Below, piece after piece: positions 46,050-55,916 of a stretch of 64,000 bases of DNA; position 1 is the stretch's first letter, and each line of letters opens with the position of its first letter. The stretch comes from Candidatus Eiseniibacteriota bacterium. GTDB lineage: Bacteria; Eisenbacteria; RBG-16-71-46; JABDJR01. The notes beneath the pieces are model-generated. The model searched no databases and had not been told where the DNA came from. It worked only from the letters and a program-made list of their open reading frames with translations. Position numbers and translations under genes: made by a program. The DNA lies in NCBI GenBank assembly GCA_963762255.1, contig CAVXKA010000001.1:896001-960000 (forward strand), read 5' to 3'.

Positions 46050-49000
46050 ATGAACGACCCTGGATATCGCCGCATCATCGAGGCGCTGGACGACGGACGG
46101 CGGGCCCTTCTCCGGGCTCGGCTGACCGCGGGGGCCGTACGCTTCCTCGGGATCGCGCTCGCTACCGGTGCCGGGCTCGTGCTGTGGGCGCTATTGCAGC
46201 GCGCGCTGCGCTTCTACAGCGTCCCGGTGGCCACCGCGGCGTCGGTGATCGGTGCCGGGTTCGCCGTCTTCGCGCTGGTGCGCTGGCTCGTGATCCCGCT
46301 CGTCCGGCTGCCCGGCCGCGACGATTTCGTGGCGATGGTCGAGCGCCGCTATCCCGAGCAGAAGAACCTGATCGTCAACGCCTATCAACTGGGCAGCCGC
46401 GAACCGGAGGGGCAGACGGCCCGGGCGTCCGATCTGGTCGAGGCCCTGGTCGCGCGCGCTTCGCAGCGCATCGAGAACCTGGACCTGCGCCGCTGGCGGG
46501 ATCCCGCCCCCGATCGGCCCTTCCTGTGGGCGGGCGGGGCCGCGCTGGTGGCGATGCTGCTGCTGGCCGTGATCTCCCCGTCGCTCCTCGCCACCGCAAT
46601 GGGACAGATCGTCCGGCCGTCGCTCGCCGAGGCGCCGCCGGTCGCGATCGCTGTGACCCCCGGCAGCGTCGAGATCGATCGCGGCGGCGACGTCGAGATC
46701 GTCGCCACGGTGAGCGGTATCGGCACCGCGCCCACCCTGCGTTTCCGGGAGCGCAACGGCACCTGGCGCAATCGGGATTTCCAGCCCCGCAGCGAAGGGG
46801 CCGTCACCCGCGACGGCGGCGCGTGGTGGACCCAGCTCGCCGATGTGGATCGCAACCTGGAGTATCAGGTCGCGGGTCCGCGCACCGAGAGCCCTGTCTA
46901 TACGGTCACCGTCCGCGAGCCGCCGCGCCTCGCCGGGTTCCGCGCCTCGCTGCGCTACCCGACCTACAGCGGCCTCTCCGCGGAGACGATCACCTCGGGC
47001 ACCGGCGATCTTGCCGCGCTCAAGGGAACCGAAGTGGATCTGCGCGTCCTCACCAATCGGCCGCTCTCGAGCGGTTGGTTGGAGTGGTACGCCGAGGGCG
47101 CCGCACCCCGGCGCGCGGATCTCGAAGCGATCGACCCCACCACGTGGAAGGCGGCGTTCACGGTGATGGAGCCGGCGAGCTATTCGGTCGTGCTCGCCGA
47201 CGAGACCGGCGCCGAGCGTCTGCGGTCCCCGCGATACCGACTTGAGGCGGTGCCCGACCGCGCGCCCTATCTCACCCTGCACTATCCGCAGGAAGACCAC
47301 GATCTCGCCGACGACATGATGGAGCGGATCGTGGCCGACGCCGCCGACGACTACGGGTTCAGCTCCTGCCGGCTCTTCTATCGGATCGACGACGTCTCGG
47401 AGCGCTGGACGGCCTACGCGCCGTACACCGCGGGCCAGAAGGAATTTCGCCTCGACACCGTGTGGGACCTGAAGGGTCTCGACATGGGGCCGGGCTCGGT
47501 ACTGTCCTACTACCTGGAAGTGCGCGACAACGACGCGGTGAGCGGGGCCAAGTCCGCGCGCTCGCCGGTGCGCCGCGTGCGCTTCCCCACCGTGGGCGAA
47601 ATCTACGCCGACGTGGCCAAGGATCAGGACCGTGAGATCGGGGACCTCTCCGACATGCGCCAGGAGCAGACCGATCTGCGCGATCGTCTGCAGAAGCTCT
47701 CCGACGAACTCAAGCAGGGTAAGGAGCTGAACTGGGATCTGCGCCGCGACGTGGAGAAGTCGCTGGAGCGGCAAGCGTCTCTGGAGGAGCAGCTCTCCGA
47801 GGTGTCGCAGCGGATGCAGGAGACGGTGGCCAAGGCAGCCGACCGCGCGCAGATGAATCAGGCCCTCGTGCAGAAGATGGCCGAGATCAACGACCTCATC
47901 GAGAACATGGCCAACGAGGAACTGAAGCGATCCTTCCAGGAGCTGAGCACCGCGCTGGACAAGATGGACCGCGACGCGATTCGGCGGGCGCTCGAAAAGT
48001 TCCAGACGTCGCAAGAGGACATGCTCAAGGGCCTCGACCGCACCGTCGAGCTGTTGAAGCAGATCAAGCGCGAGGGCCAGGTCGAGGACGTGGTGCGCCG
48101 CACCGACGAGATCGCCAAGCTCCAGGAGCAGATCGCCAAGGAACTCGAGAAGATGGGGGCGCGGGAGGAGAAGGAGCAGGGCGACCAGGCCAAGGCCGGC
48201 GAGCAGGAGCAGGGGGACGAGGCGAAGCAGGACCAACAGGGCGAGCAGGACGAGGCGGCGAAGCAGAAGCCCGGAGACGAACAGAAGCCCGGGGAGCCCA
48301 AGAACGACGAGCAGAAGTCCCAAGAGCAACAGGGCGATCAAGACCAGGGCTCGCAGGGCGAGAAGTCGGATGAGGAGAAAGCCGCGGCGGAGAAGGCCGC
48401 GGCCAAGCAGCTCGAGGAGATGAAGGAACGCCTCGAGAAACTCCGCGACCAACTGGCCAAGGAGAACGAGGAAGCCGACAAGAACAAGAACGGCTCGCAG
48501 AAGCAACAGGGCTCACAGGATGAGCAGGAGCGCCTGCAGCAGCTCGGCCAGCAGCAGGAGCAGGCCGAGCAGATGGTCCAGGAGTTGCGCCGCCAGCTCG
48601 AGACGCTTTCCAAGATCCAGGAGCAGCAAGCGGCGGACAAGCGCCTGGAAGAGATGCAGAAGAGCCAGGACCTGAAGCGCATGCAGGAGAACATGAAGAG
48701 CGCCCAGCAGGGGATGCAGAGCGGCCAGATGAAGCCCTCGGCCGATTTCGCGTTTCGCGCGCGCGACCAGGCCAAGCGGCTGGCCGACATGGCGAAGTCG
48801 ATGCAGCAGCAGATGCAGCAGGAACAGGACGACGACACCATCCAGCGGATGGAGAAGGTGATCCGCGAGCTCATCCAGGTTTCGGGGGAGCAGGAGGGCG
48901 TGTCCGCCGGCGTCGAGCCGGACGAGCGCCTTCTGGCCCAGCGCCAGCTCAACCTGGCCGAGGCCGCCGAAGCCATCGCCGACAGCCTGCAGGAGGTGTC

Positions 49001-49769
49001 CAAGCGGACGCTGGCCGTCGGCGCCAAGCAGCAGGGCAAGCTCGGCAAGGCGATCCAGAAGATGGAGTCGGCCACCCGCATGTACGAACAGGGAGCGCGC
49101 AGCAACGCCGACTTCCAGGGGCGGGAATCGGCTTCCGATCTCAACGAGACCATCGTGCAGCTCATGAAGTCGCACTCGCAGATGTGCAGCGGCTCGGGAA
49201 GCGGCGACCAGAGCCAGCAGATGAAGGAGAAGCTCGGGGGCTTAAGCGAATCGCAGCAGGGGCTCAACGAATCCACCCAGCGAATGCTCCAGCAACTGCA
49301 GGGGAAGGGGCGGCTGAGCCGCACGGACGAGCAGCGCCTGCAGCAGATGGCCGCCCAGCAGGAGATGATTCGCAAGGGACTCGAGGAGCTGCAGCGGGAT
49401 TACCAGGAATCGGAGAAGCTCCTGGGGGACATGGACTCGATGGGCGAGCAGATGAAGGAGATCGAACGGCAGTTGCAGCAGAAGAACGTGGACCGGCCGC
49501 TGCTCGAGCGCCAGGCGCAGATCCTCTCGCGGATGCTCGACGCGCAGCGCTCGATCCGCCAGCAGGAGATGAGCCCGGAGCGGGAAAGCCGGACCGGCAC
49601 CCTCGCCGAGCGCCAGTCGCCGCCTCCCATTCCGCCGGAGCTCCTCAAGCGCGAACGCACGCTGGAAGAGGATGTGCTGCGAGGCGCCGACGACAAGTAC
49701 CCGGCGCAGTTCCGCAAGCTGGTCGAGGAGTATTTCCGGGCGCTCTCACGGGAGAACCGCACCCCCTAG
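46050..49769 (+). CDS. DUF4175-family membrane protein with Ig-like domains and long coiled coil
   Basis: N-terminal TMs, YP.Y, PD..P, A.DDYG, V.DND.VSG.K..RS, Q/E-rich coiled coil, C-terminal RMLDA.RS and YP..FR.LV.EYF. Confidence 0.82.
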   Translation: MNDPGYRRIIEALDDGRRALLRARLTAGAVRFLGIALATGAGLVLWALLQRALRFYSVPVATAASVIGAGFAVFALVRWLVIPLVRLPGRDDFVAMVERRYPEQKNLIVNAYQLGSREPEGQTARASDLVEALVARASQRIENLDLRRWRDPAPDRPFLWAGGAALVAMLLLAVISPSLLATAMGQIVRPSLAEAPPVAIAVTPGSVEIDRGGDVEIVATVSGIGTAPTLRFRERNGTWRNRDFQPRSEGAVTRDGGAWWTQLADVDRNLEYQVAGPRTESPVYTVTVREPPRLAGFRASLRYPTYSGLSAETITSGTGDLAALKGTEVDLRVLTNRPLSSGWLEWYAEGAAPRRADLEAIDPTTWKAAFTVMEPASYSVVLADETGAERLRSPRYRLEAVPDRAPYLTLHYPQEDHDLADDMMERIVADAADDYGFSSCRLFYRIDDVSERWTAYAPYTAGQKEFRLDTVWDLKGLDMGPGSVLSYYLEVRDNDAVSGAKSARSPVRRVRFPTVGEIYADVAKDQDREIGDLSDMRQEQTDLRDRLQKLSDELKQGKELNWDLRRDVEKSLERQASLEEQLSEVSQRMQETVAKAADRAQMNQALVQKMAEINDLIENMANEELKRSFQELSTALDKMDRDAIRRALEKFQTSQEDMLKGLDRTVELLKQIKREGQVEDVVRRTDEIAKLQEQIAKELEKMGAREEKEQGDQAKAGEQEQGDEAKQDQQGEQDEAAKQKPGDEQKPGEPKNDEQKSQEQQGDQDQGSQGEKSDEEKAAAEKAAAKQLEEMKERLEKLRDQLAKENEEADKNKNGSQKQQGSQDEQERLQQLGQQQEQAEQMVQELRRQLETLSKIQEQQAADKRLEEMQKSQDLKRMQENMKSAQQGMQSGQMKPSADFAFRARDQAKRLADMAKSMQQQMQQEQDDDTIQRMEKVIRELIQVSGEQEGVSAGVEPDERLLAQRQLNLAEAAEAIADSLQEVSKRTLAVGAKQQGKLGKAIQKMESATRMYEQGARSNADFQGRESASDLNETIVQLMKSHSQMCSGSGSGDQSQQMKEKLGGLSESQQGLNESTQRMLQQLQGKGRLSRTDEQRLQQMAAQQEMIRKGLEELQRDYQESEKLLGDMDSMGEQMKEIERQLQQKNVDRPLLERQAQILSRMLDAQRSIRQQEMSPERESRTGTLAERQSPPPIPPELLKRERTLEEDVLRGADDKYPAQFRKLVEEYFRALSRENRTP

Positions 49770-49784
49770 GATGAAAGAGCGCCC

Positions 49785-51434
49785 ATGATCACCCGCCGTC
49801 TCCACGTTTCGACCCGTCGGCTTCCCCGGCTCGGCGCAGCCGCGCGGCTCGTCGTTGCGGTTCTTCTCATCGGCGTCGGATTCGGCTCGACTCCTGCGCG
49901 GGCGGCCGACCCCCTCTACCAGAACCAGATCCAGAACGCTCGCCGGGCGCTTTCGCGCGGTCAATTCCAGCCCGCGGCCGACTTGTTCGAGAAGATCCTC
50001 AAGTCCCACCCGCAGGATGGGACGGCCGCCACCGGGCTGGCCGAGGCATGGATCGGTCTCGAGCGCTACGCGGAGGCCGACACCCTCATCGCCGGCACGC
50101 TCACGAGGGTCCCCGCCAAAGCGGATCTCTACAAACTTCGCGTGCGGCTTCGTCGCGCCCAGGAGCGCCCCGCCGAGGCGTTCGAGGATCTGGTGCGCGT
50201 GCTCGACGCCGATGCCGACCGTACGCCGTGGGCCTTCCGCGAGACCCGGGACCTGCTGACGGCGGGCCTCGATCCCAGGCGCGCGCTCAAGATCGCGGAA
50301 GAGGCTCGGGGGGCCCATCCCGGAAGCGTTCCCTTCGCGGTGCTGGTCGCCCTTGTGCACAGCCTGGACGGGCACGAGGAGGAAGGGCTTCGCGCACTTC
50401 TCGCGGACGAGGAAGGGCAGAAGCTCCGCGGCAAGGCGTTGCTTCTCTACGCCGACCAGATGCTCGCGCTGGAGCGCGACGACGTCGCGGTGGCCGCGCT
50501 CCAGAACGCGGCGGACCGCATCGACGAGGCCGGCCCGCGATCCGCCGTGCTCTTCAAGGTGGCGGAGATCCGGGAGGCGAGCGGGCAGTACAGCGAGGCG
50601 CTGGCCGTTCTCAAACGAATCGTCGACGAGCGTCCCGGAACCTCTTCCGCGGGCAAGGCGCTTCTGGCCAGCGCGGACATCTACCAGAAGTTCATGAACG
50701 ACCCGCAGGGAGCGCTGGCCGTCTACCGGCAGATCCAGAACGATCCGATCGTCGGTCATCGCCGTCCCGAGATGCTCTTGCAGATGGCGGATTGCTACGT
50801 GCGGCTGGACGAGCTGGACGAGGCGGCCTCGACCTACGCCTCGGTCATCCCGGAGGCGGTGGATCCGGAGCACGCGGAGACGGCGGCCTACAAGCTGGCC
50901 GAGGTCGAGTTCTTCCGCGGAAACATCGACTCGGCGCTGGTGCTCTACCAGGACATGGCGGAGAACCACCCGCGAAGCCTTCTGGCCGACGACGCCGCCG
51001 GACGCTACATCCTGCTCAACAAGCACCTCATGGTGGGCGGCGGGGTGGCGGTTCAGCTCCTCGGACGAATGAAGTGGGGGCTGCTGGCGGGAGACTCGGC
51101 CGCGGTCGACTCCAGCGCAAGCCTTCTCATCGAGAACTGGAGCGGCGGAGAACTTGCCGCGGAGGCGTATCTCGGCCTGGCCGACCTCGCCGAGCGCTCG
51201 GGGCGCTACGTCGAGGCGATCGAGCATTTGGAGAAGGTCGTGGCCGGATACGCGGGCGACCCGCGCGTGCCGGTCGCGCTCCGGCGGCAAGGCGACATTT
51301 ATGTCCAGCGTCTGAGCCAGCCCAAGGAGGCGCTCGAGCGCTACGAGACGATTCTCACCGACTACCCGAACAGCGTCGAGGCGGGCGAAGCCCGCCGCCT
51401 CGCGGAGAACCTGCGCCGTGATATCAAGTCGTAG
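49785..51434 (+). CDS. periplasmic tetratricopeptide-repeat protein
   Basis: Signal-like N-terminus; repeated A...Y..I...YP.S...A TPR-like helices (e.g. ALERYETILTDYPNS). Confidence 0.85.
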   Translation: MITRRLHVSTRRLPRLGAAARLVVAVLLIGVGFGSTPARAADPLYQNQIQNARRALSRGQFQPAADLFEKILKSHPQDGTAATGLAEAWIGLERYAEADTLIAGTLTRVPAKADLYKLRVRLRRAQERPAEAFEDLVRVLDADADRTPWAFRETRDLLTAGLDPRRALKIAEEARGAHPGSVPFAVLVALVHSLDGHEEEGLRALLADEEGQKLRGKALLLYADQMLALERDDVAVAALQNAADRIDEAGPRSAVLFKVAEIREASGQYSEALAVLKRIVDERPGTSSAGKALLASADIYQKFMNDPQGALAVYRQIQNDPIVGHRRPEMLLQMADCYVRLDELDEAASTYASVIPEAVDPEHAETAAYKLAEVEFFRGNIDSALVLYQDMAENHPRSLLADDAAGRYILLNKHLMVGGGVAVQLLGRMKWGLLAGDSAAVDSSASLLIENWSGGELAAEAYLGLADLAERSGRYVEAIEHLEKVVAGYAGDPRVPVALRRQGDIYVQRLSQPKEALERYETILTDYPNSVEAGEARRLAENLRRDIKS

Positions 51435-52707
51435 ACCGGTCCGCGGCTCGCAGGCGCGGCTCGCGGCGGTCCTCGCGCTCTGTGCGCTGCTGCTTCCCGC
51501 GATCGCCTCGGCCAGGCTCCTCGTGCCCATGGATCTCAAGCAGACGGACCACTTGAAGGCCTACGGGCTCGCTTATTGGGTGCTCGCGCGCGAGCAGAAG
51601 GTGGAATGGCTCCTCAACTACCGGGGCGGCTCGTTCGTAATGGAGGAGGACGCCGCGACGGTCCGCGAGGCCCGCATCCGCGGCGTGCTCACGCAGAGCG
51701 TCTCCGCCGCCGAACTGGTCTCGATCTACGCGGATATCGAGCAGGCCAACATGGATGTGATGGTCCTCGAGAAGGCGCCGCGAGTGGCCATCTACATCCC
51801 GCCCGGTTTCCGCCCGTGGGACGACGCGGTGACGCTCGCCTTCGCCTACGCGGACATCCCGTTCACGCCGATCTGGGACGAAGAAGTGCTCTCCGGGCGG
51901 CTGAACGACTTCGACTGGCTCCATCTCCATCACGAGGATTTCACCGGCCAGTATGGGAAGTTCTACGCCACCTACCGCAACGCCGACTGGTATCAGGAAC
52001 AGGTGCGCACCTACGAGACGCAGGCGCGCAAGCTCGGCTTCAAGAAGGTGAGCGAGGAGAAGAAGGCGGTGGTGGAGACGATTCGCGACTGGGTGGCCCG
52101 GGGCGGATTCCTCTTCGCGATGTGCAGCGCCACCGACAGCTTCGACATCGCGCTCGCCGCGCGCGGGGTCGACATCTGCGCCGCCGAGTACGACGGCGAT
52201 CCCGCCGACCCGGAGTCCAACCAGAAGATGGACTTCTCGCGGACGCTGGCCTTCACCGGGTTCAGCCTCATCATGAACCCGTACCAGTACGAGTTCTCCA
52301 ACATCGACATGACGGCCGCCGCGCTGAGCCGCGGGGAGCCCAACGACTTCTTCACCCTGTTCGAGTTCTCGGCCAAGCAGGATCCGGTGCCCACCATGCT
52401 CACCCAGGACCACACCAACGTGGTGAAGGGATTCCTCGGCCAGACCACCTCCTTCAACCGGCGGCTGCTCAAGGACGGCGTGCTGGTGCTGGGGGAGCCG
52501 GAAGGGGGAGAGGACGTGCGGTACGTCCACGGCGGTTTCGGCAAGGGGACCTTCACCTGGCTGGGCGGTCACGATCCCGAGGACTGGCAGCATGCGGTGG
52601 GCGATCCACCCACCGAACTCGCCCTGTACAAGAACTCGCCGGGCTACCGGCTGATCCTCAACAACGTGCTGTTCCCGGCGGCGGAGCGCAAGAAGCAGAA
52701 GACGTGA
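51418..52707 (+). CDS. secreted conserved protein with class I glutamine-amidotransferase-like fold (homologues often labelled 'asparagine synthetase B')
   Basis: Signal peptide; HLKAYG, WLLNYRGGSF, PWDDAVT, LHLHHEDFTGQYGKF, GGFLFAMCSA, GGHDPED, SPGYRLILNN. Confidence 0.75.
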   Translation: MISSRRPVRGSQARLAAVLALCALLLPAIASARLLVPMDLKQTDHLKAYGLAYWVLAREQKVEWLLNYRGGSFVMEEDAATVREARIRGVLTQSVSAAELVSIYADIEQANMDVMVLEKAPRVAIYIPPGFRPWDDAVTLAFAYADIPFTPIWDEEVLSGRLNDFDWLHLHHEDFTGQYGKFYATYRNADWYQEQVRTYETQARKLGFKKVSEEKKAVVETIRDWVARGGFLFAMCSATDSFDIALAARGVDICAAEYDGDPADPESNQKMDFSRTLAFTGFSLIMNPYQYEFSNIDMTAAALSRGEPNDFFTLFEFSAKQDPVPTMLTQDHTNVVKGFLGQTTSFNRRLLKDGVLVLGEPEGGEDVRYVHGGFGKGTFTWLGGHDPEDWQHAVGDPPTELALYKNSPGYRLILNNVLFPAAERKKQKT

Positions 52708-52883
52708 TGCCGGAAGCGGGCGCGCACGCGCAGTCGTGCGGGCTCATCGCCTCCGGCGTCCGCCCTTGGCCCTTGACTTGCCCCAGGCGCGGCGGGAAAC
52801 TATCGGATCAATACAGTCCCTCGTATCCGCGATCCCAGTGTCAGAGGGGGCGTGGTCTATCCGGTAGGGATGGGAGGTTCGCG

Positions 52884-53084
52884 ATGCCGACGGATGATAA
52901 GTCCTTTCCGGCCTGTCTCAAGTGCAACACTGGGGTTCTTCTCCCGCTGTCCGATTACGGCCGCGACGGCGCCCCCATCCGATACAAGGCGTGGGTGTGT
53001 TCCAACCCCAATTGCGGCTTCAACCTGCGGATCGACAACGGCGAGATCTCTCTCGGTCGCACCATCGGGACTTCGGTGAAATAG
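52884..53084 (+). CDS. small zinc-ribbon protein (66 aa)
   Basis: RBS GGAGG; MPTDDKSFPACLKC.....LPLSDYG......YKAWVCSNPNCGF; upstream TTGACT-17-GAAACT at 52773-52801. Confidence 0.8.
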   Translation: MPTDDKSFPACLKCNTGVLLPLSDYGRDGAPIRYKAWVCSNPNCGFNLRIDNGEISLGRTIGTSVK

Positions 53085-53135
53085 CTTCCTCTTCGTCCGG
53101 CCTCCCCCGACCGCCCGTCCGAAGGAGTTTCGCTC

Positions 53136-53876
53136 GTGATCCGTGCGGTCATCTTCGACCTCGACAACACCCTGACCGACTTCATGCGGGTGAAGGAGGT
53201 TTCCATCGAGGCGGCGGCGGACGCCATGATCGATGCCGGGCTCGATGCTCGGCTCCCCGCCGCGGACGACGACGCAGGTGCCCGTGACCGCGTGGTGCAG
53301 CGTATCCGCGATATCTACGACCGTGAGGGAATCGAGTACCAGAAGGTCTTCAACAGTTATCTCCAGGAGGAACTCGGCGAGGTCGACTACAAACTCCTCG
53401 CCGCCGCCATCGTGGGCTACCGGCGCGCCCGCGAATCCGCCCTCCTTCCCTACCCGCACGTCCATCTCACCCTTCACGGCCTCCTGCGTCGCGGCCTCAA
53501 GCTGGGGGTGGTGAGTGACGCCCCCCGCGAGAACGCATGGCTCCGGCTGGTCTATCTCAACCTCCATCACGTCTTCGACCATGTCGTCACCTTCGAAGAT
53601 ACCGGGATGCGCAAGCCCGATCCCGCGCCGTTCGAGACCGCGCTGCGCCGGCTGGGGGTGACCGCGGATCAAGCGCTCATGGTGGGAGACTGGCCCGATC
53701 GCGACATGGCCGGCGCCAAGGCGCTCGGCATGCGCACCGTCTTCGCTCACTATGGCTTCTCGTGGTCGAAGGACAAGGAACCCATCGACCGCCACCCCGC
53801 GGATTTCTCCATCCACGACATGCTGGAGCTCCTGGACATCGTGGACGACCTCAATGAGGGCGCGGTCGCGCCCTGA
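53136..53876 (+). CDS. HAD-superfamily hydrolase
   Basis: AVIFDLDNTL, VVSDA, KPDP..F, MVGDWPDRD..GA...GM. Confidence 0.92.
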   Translation: MIRAVIFDLDNTLTDFMRVKEVSIEAAADAMIDAGLDARLPAADDDAGARDRVVQRIRDIYDREGIEYQKVFNSYLQEELGEVDYKLLAAAIVGYRRARESALLPYPHVHLTLHGLLRRGLKLGVVSDAPRENAWLRLVYLNLHHVFDHVVTFEDTGMRKPDPAPFETALRRLGVTADQALMVGDWPDRDMAGAKALGMRTVFAHYGFSWSKDKEPIDRHPADFSIHDMLELLDIVDDLNEGAVAP

Positions 53877-53881
53877 GGACG

Positions 53882-54292
53882 ATGACGATGATGACCCCCG
53901 ATCCCTGGGACTGCTCGGTCGGTGTCGACGTCGAAGAGGTCGACCGCATCCGTGGGGTCGTGCACCGCTGGGGGGATCGATTCCTGAAGCGCCACTTCAC
54001 CGATCAGGAGATCGCATACTGCCGGTCCAAGGCGCGCCCGGCCGAGTCGCTGGCCGTGCGCTTCGCGGCCAAGGAAGCGTTCGCGAAGGCCTATCCCGGG
54101 CGCGGCGTTCTGGGGTGGCACGACGTCGAAGTGATCAAGGACGGGCGTCGTCCGGCGCTGCGGTTGCGCGGAGCGGCGGCGGGCTATGAGGCCAAGCTCA
54201 GCCTCTCGCACACCCACGAGCACGCCGTGGCGATCGTTGTGGTTCGGCCCAAACGCAGCGCGGGCGCGGCAAAGCCGCGAGAGCGGGGGTAG
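53882..54292 (+). CDS. acpS: holo-[acyl-carrier-protein] synthase
   Basis: GVDVEEV.RI, F..R.FT..E..YC, LA.RFAAKEA..KA, LSLSH. Confidence 0.92.
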   Translation: MTMMTPDPWDCSVGVDVEEVDRIRGVVHRWGDRFLKRHFTDQEIAYCRSKARPAESLAVRFAAKEAFAKAYPGRGVLGWHDVEVIKDGRRPALRLRGAAAGYEAKLSLSHTHEHAVAIVVVRPKRSAGAAKPRERG

Positions 54293-54298
54293 AGAGCG

Positions 54299-55888
54299 AT
54301 GCGGCGACTGGTGACGGCGAACGAGATGCGCGCGATGGACCACGAGGCGATCGCCATCCGCGGAATCCCCGGCTACGAGTTGATGGATGCGGCGGGGCAC
54401 GGCGTCGCCGAGGTGATCCTCGAGCATTTCAGCGATCTCGAGGACGCGCCGGTGGTGGTGCTGGCCGGTCGTGGCAACAACGGGGGGGACGGCTTCGTCG
54501 CCGCGCGGGCCCTCAAGGAGCGGGAACTGAGGCCGGTCGTGATCCTGGTGGGGGCGCGCCCCGAGGAACTCGCGGGCGATGCCGCGCAAGCCTATCGCGA
54601 CTGGACCGCGGCCAAAGGGGAGACCCTCGTCGCCTCCGACGGCGCCGGCTGGGAGGACGCCCGCGGCGAGTTGGAAGATGCCGAGCTGATCGTGGACGCG
54701 CTCCTCGGCACCGGCAGCAAAGGCGCCCCGCGCGGGCTCGTGGGTCAGGTGGTGGAGGCGCTCGAGCTGCTCGACACGCCCATCGTGGCCATCGACATCC
54801 CCACCGGCCTCGACGCCGACACCGGCGAAGCGGAAGGCGTCTGCGTGCACGCGGACCTCACCGTGACCCTGGCGCTCCCCAAGCGCGGCCACTTTCTCTA
54901 CCCGGGACGCTCGTTCACCGGAGAGCTGCGGTGGGTGGACATCGGTATCCCCGAGGACGTGCTCGACGCGGGGGAGGGCCTCCGCGCCTATGTTGTCGAG
55001 CCGGAGGACGTCATCGACCGGCTTCCCGATCGCGAGCCGGAGATGCACAAGGGAGATCGGGGGCGCCTGCTCGTGGTCGGAGGAAGCGCCGGTCTCACCG
55101 GTGCGGTCACCCTGGCCTCGGAGGCGGCGGTTCGCGCCGGCGCGGGGCTTGTCACCGCGGGCGTGCCGCTCAGCCTGAACGACATTCTGGAGGTGAAACT
55201 CACCGAGGCGATGACGCTGCCGCTCCCCGAACTCGACGTGCGTGCGCTCTCGCGGGACGCGTTCGATGCGATCTCCATCTTTCAGCCCGGGCGGCTCACC
55301 GCGCTGGCGGTGGGACCGGGAGCCGGACGCCATCCCAGCACGCAGGCGCTGGTGCGGCGGATCATCCGGGAGATTCATCTTCCCGCCGTGCTCGACGCCG
55401 ACGGAATCTTTGCGTTCAACGGTCAGGCCGACACCCTGCGCCTGGGCGCGCCGAGCGCCAAGATCGTGCTCACCCCGCACGCGGGCGAGTTCATCGCGCT
55501 GACCGGTGAAGACCCGGCCGAGCTGCACGCGCATCGCCTCGAGACCGCCTCGAAGTGGGCGCGCCGCCTCAACGTGGTGCTCGTGCTGAAGGGCGCGCCC
55601 ACCGTGATCGCGGATCCGGCGAGTGAGACCGTGTACGTGAACCCCACCGGCTCCGAGGCGCTGGCCACCGGGGGAACCGGCGATGTCCTGACGGGTTTCA
55701 TTTCCGGGTTCCTCGCGCAGGGGGTCGACCCGCTCGACGCGGCCATCGCGGGGGTGTACCTGCACGGCTGGACGGCGGACTTCATCGTGGAGGAGTGGGG
55801 CTCGGTCTACGGGCTTCAAGCGGGCGACTTGATCGAGTGGTTTCCGCTCGCTCTCGGGTTCTTCCTGAATCCGCCCGAACCGGAGTAG
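54299..55888 (+). CDS. nnr: bifunctional NAD(P)H-hydrate epimerase/dehydratase
   Basis: GRGNNGGDG, VDALLGTG, IDIPTG, HKG.RG, VGPG.G, LDADG, LTPH.GE, LKGA, ATGGTGDVL.G. Confidence 0.93.
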   Translation: MRRLVTANEMRAMDHEAIAIRGIPGYELMDAAGHGVAEVILEHFSDLEDAPVVVLAGRGNNGGDGFVAARALKERELRPVVILVGARPEELAGDAAQAYRDWTAAKGETLVASDGAGWEDARGELEDAELIVDALLGTGSKGAPRGLVGQVVEALELLDTPIVAIDIPTGLDADTGEAEGVCVHADLTVTLALPKRGHFLYPGRSFTGELRWVDIGIPEDVLDAGEGLRAYVVEPEDVIDRLPDREPEMHKGDRGRLLVVGGSAGLTGAVTLASEAAVRAGAGLVTAGVPLSLNDILEVKLTEAMTLPLPELDVRALSRDAFDAISIFQPGRLTALAVGPGAGRHPSTQALVRRIIREIHLPAVLDADGIFAFNGQADTLRLGAPSAKIVLTPHAGEFIALTGEDPAELHAHRLETASKWARRLNVVLVLKGAPTVIADPASETVYVNPTGSEALATGGTGDVLTGFISGFLAQGVDPLDAAIAGVYLHGWTADFIVEEWGSVYGLQAGDLIEWFPLALGFFLNPPEPE

Positions 55889-55916
55889 GCCGGTGCCCGG
55901 TGCCCGAAGGAGGTCG

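Noticed and set aside
51418-52707. Asparagine synthetase B function
   Set aside because: Has a signal peptide and lacks both the N-terminal Cys Ntn domain and the SGGLDS ATP-pyrophosphatase motif.
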